Shown piece after piece: positions 58,707 to 64,000 of a stretch of 64,000 nt of DNA. The position numbers and the translations under genes were made by a program. How positions within the stretch are numbered: the stretch's first letter is position 1; each line of letters opens with the position of its first letter. A model generated the notes under the pieces. It searched no databases. It saw only the letters and a program-made list of their open reading frames with translations, and was not told where the DNA came from. Source of the DNA: the human T2T-CHM13v2.0 reference genome, Homo sapiens; the NCBI RefSeq assembly GCF_009914755.1, contig NC_060936.1. One strand, written 5' to 3'.

Positions 58707-58901
58707 TTTTTCTTAAAAAACATAAAGCTCTAAAATGTAAGCACCCTGGCTGACTCTTCCTACCATGCACAGAAAGGAAAAATTTGGTGTCCAGGGCCTT
58801 CTGAATCAGATCTGGAAAAGCTCTTAATTAGCTTATGGATTCAGGAAACTGCGGATAGAGTCACTGAAGAGGTTGAGACAGTAGAGGTGGGTTGAAGCAC
58901 T

Positions 58902-58907
58902 TTTAAT
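58902..58907 (-). terminator. CERS5: CERS5 polyadenylation signal
   Basis: ATTAAA on the minus strand about 720 nt after the stop. Confidence 0.65.
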
Positions 58908-59630
58908 CACAAACAATAGTATAAGACCGTGAACAGCTCACCCAGTGGCTGTTGCCCTCCTCCAGCCCTCAGCTCACCCTCTTCCCATGCTCCCTCCCTG
59001 GGTACCATTGAGTAAAGAGCAGGGTATTGGCAGCTGTCCCTGTTGCTATCAGGTGATTGATAGGAAGGGGATCTAGCTAGGGACCACGGCAATCCTGGCC
59101 ATCCATCCATGGTTCTGTTTCTATACAACTTCATCATGTGACATATTCCAGCTGTGAAAGAGGAACAGTACAGAAATGTGGGACTGAACTTGGCTGCTCC
59201 ATTCAGATGGTCCAGGGGTTTAGAGTGTCAAGAGCCAAGGGCAAAAAAGGAGGAGAAGTCTGGAGTCGGCATAATTCAAGATGCAGCCAAATGTGGAACT
59301 AAGGTGGGTTCAGTGGGGACCAGGGAAGGCCTCATGGCCCCAGTCCACAATTGTGCCCCAACCCCGGCAATGAAACTCACGCATATGCACAAACGCACAT
59401 CAACAAACACACAAAAACACACAGAGCAAATAACATTACTGAAAGAACCTGGAGGCTATTAAATACAAAATGGCAGTTTTCTTTCAAAGTGAAAATATTT
59501 GCTTCTTTGATACTCCTCAGTGCCTTGCAGTCTCCCAATCACAGAAGAGTAGATATGGGAAGGGCCAAGAGGAGTATGTTGCCAGTGGCCCTACAAGTCC
59601 ATGTGTGCTGAAGTCCCTATAGCAACCACC

Positions 59631-59780
59631 TTACTCTTCAGCCCAGTAGCTGCCTCCCATGTGACCATTCACCCGATTGGCACCATTGCTGGAGCTACTG
59701 TCACAGGGACTTTTTGTGCAGGTGGTCACATCTTCTTCCTCTGAGCTGCTCTCCACATCACTGCGATCATCCTTCGATAC
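59631..59780 (-). CDS. CERS5: Ceramide synthase 5, last coding exon (VSKDDRSDVESSSEEED...YWAEE*)
   Basis: CerS-family acidic DxRSDxE/SSSEEE tail; acceptor cccag| on the minus strand; TAA at 59633-59631. Confidence 0.95.
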   Translation of the reverse strand, partial: VSKDDRSDVESSSEEEDVTTCTKSPCDSSSSNGANRVNGHMGGSYWAEE

Positions 59781-60364
59781 CTGGGTGGGATGAGACCAAA
59801 GACAGAAAAGTGAGGAAAGAACTGTAAGACACCTAAGCTCAGAGACCCAGGTGTGGGCACTGTGTTCCCAGTCTGGTCTGCTTTCTGATGACATCTAACT
59901 CAAAGAAGTATTGTCTGGACTATGGCTACTGTTGTGACTATGCTTTACCTGCTTTCTAGTTTTCTCCCTTGTCATCTCCAATTCTGTTCTCTGTGGAATT
60001 GAAGCTACTTTGGTAGAGGAGTGTGTCTTTCAGGACCAGCCTAAGAGAACTGACATCATTCACTGAGACCTGGTTTAGGTTTCAGACACCCTTTCTCTTC
60101 TTCCACTTCAAAGAACAGGGAAGGCCAACACGAACAATACGTATGACTGTCAGCAATGCTTCTATCTTCTGGTGGTTGTGGACAATGCATTTATTCGTAT
60201 TGGTTATGCTGTTTTGCTTTATCCCCAAAGCTGATCCATAACAGGCCTTTTTTAGTAGTTTCCCACTCCTGGGCTCAACTACCACTATCCTATGACACTG
60301 TTTTCCAATCTTCTTCCCTTTCCCAATAGCAAGATCACTTTTCTTATGAAACTTCAGCATCCCT

Positions 60365-63476
<3,112 letters not shown>

Positions 63477-63635
63477 GCAAAACACTTACCGAAGAGGCGA
63501 AGACTTTGGAGCCCTAGGCTTTTTGCTTGGCCTGCTTGAGTAGATGGGGCTCACCAGGTTTGATGGAGAGAGAACGTCTGTTGAGTAATCCCTATCTTCC
63601 ATACCCAAAAGAAAGAAGCCATCTTTCATCCTCAC

Positions 63636-63792
63636 CTTTCCCCTGATCAAGGCTTTCAAAGCAATCCGTGCAATTAGGTAGGACCAGATGACATGCAGAA
63701 GCTGTAGGGTCAGCAGCAGGCCATTGAGGAGCCACCATGAAGCATAAGGCCCGATTATCTCCCAACTCTCAAAGAGGGTCGTGTTCAGAATC
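63636..63792 (-). CDS. CERS5: Ceramide synthase 5, penultimate canonical coding exon ([16 protein letters not shown]...LIRGK); gene continues beyond the window
   Basis: End of the TLC domain with hydrophobic helix [12 protein letters not shown]; tcttctag| acceptor, AAG|GTGAGG donor; phase 0 matches the last exon. Confidence 0.95.
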
Positions 63793-64000
63793 CTAGAAGA
63801 GGGAGGCCAATAGTCAGATTCTAGAGTCAAAGCTCAGCAGACAGGGATGAAGCTGAGTCCTGGGGATGCAGAGCCCTGTGTGTTTTCCTACCAGCCCTTT
63901 TATCAGCTGAAGTTCCAGGGACCGTCATCCACAGTAAGAAAATAAAGAAAGGGAGGAGCCTGTTGTGTTTTCTATCCTTAGGGACAGAGAAAGATATATA

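Overview
This is a eukaryotic, Alu-rich primate genomic window, recognisable from the encoded proteins as the human ASIC1-SMARCD1-GPD1-COX14-CERS5 cluster (chr12q13 by recall). On the + strand it holds the ASIC1b-specific first coding exon plus nine shared ASIC1 exons (562 aa; the ASIC1a-specific exons lie upstream of the window), complete SMARCD1/BAF60A (13 exons, 515 aa), complete GPD1 (8 exons, 349 aa) and COX14 (57 aa, too short for the ORF track). On the - strand are the last two canonical coding exons of CERS5. Exon boundaries were derived by hand from GT/AG sites, and the summed lengths give intact frames. The remainder is roughly 55 Alu copies or fragments, MIR/L2/L1/MaLR/hAT relics, microsatellites and three CpG-rich islands; repeat boundaries are approximate. 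There is no CRISPR, tRNA, rRNA or prokaryote-type system, and most ORF-track entries are Alu- or GC-driven noise. I found no wholly new gene system. The best leads are isoform switches readable in the sequence: (1) a consensus splice donor overlapping the GPD1 stop codon, (2) COX14 first-exon donors that turn upstream AUGs into either an overlapping uORF or in-frame N-terminal extensions, (3) a CERS5 cassette exon that swaps the C-terminal tail, and (4) a stop-free in-frame last intron of ASIC1 that keeps the PDZ motif.
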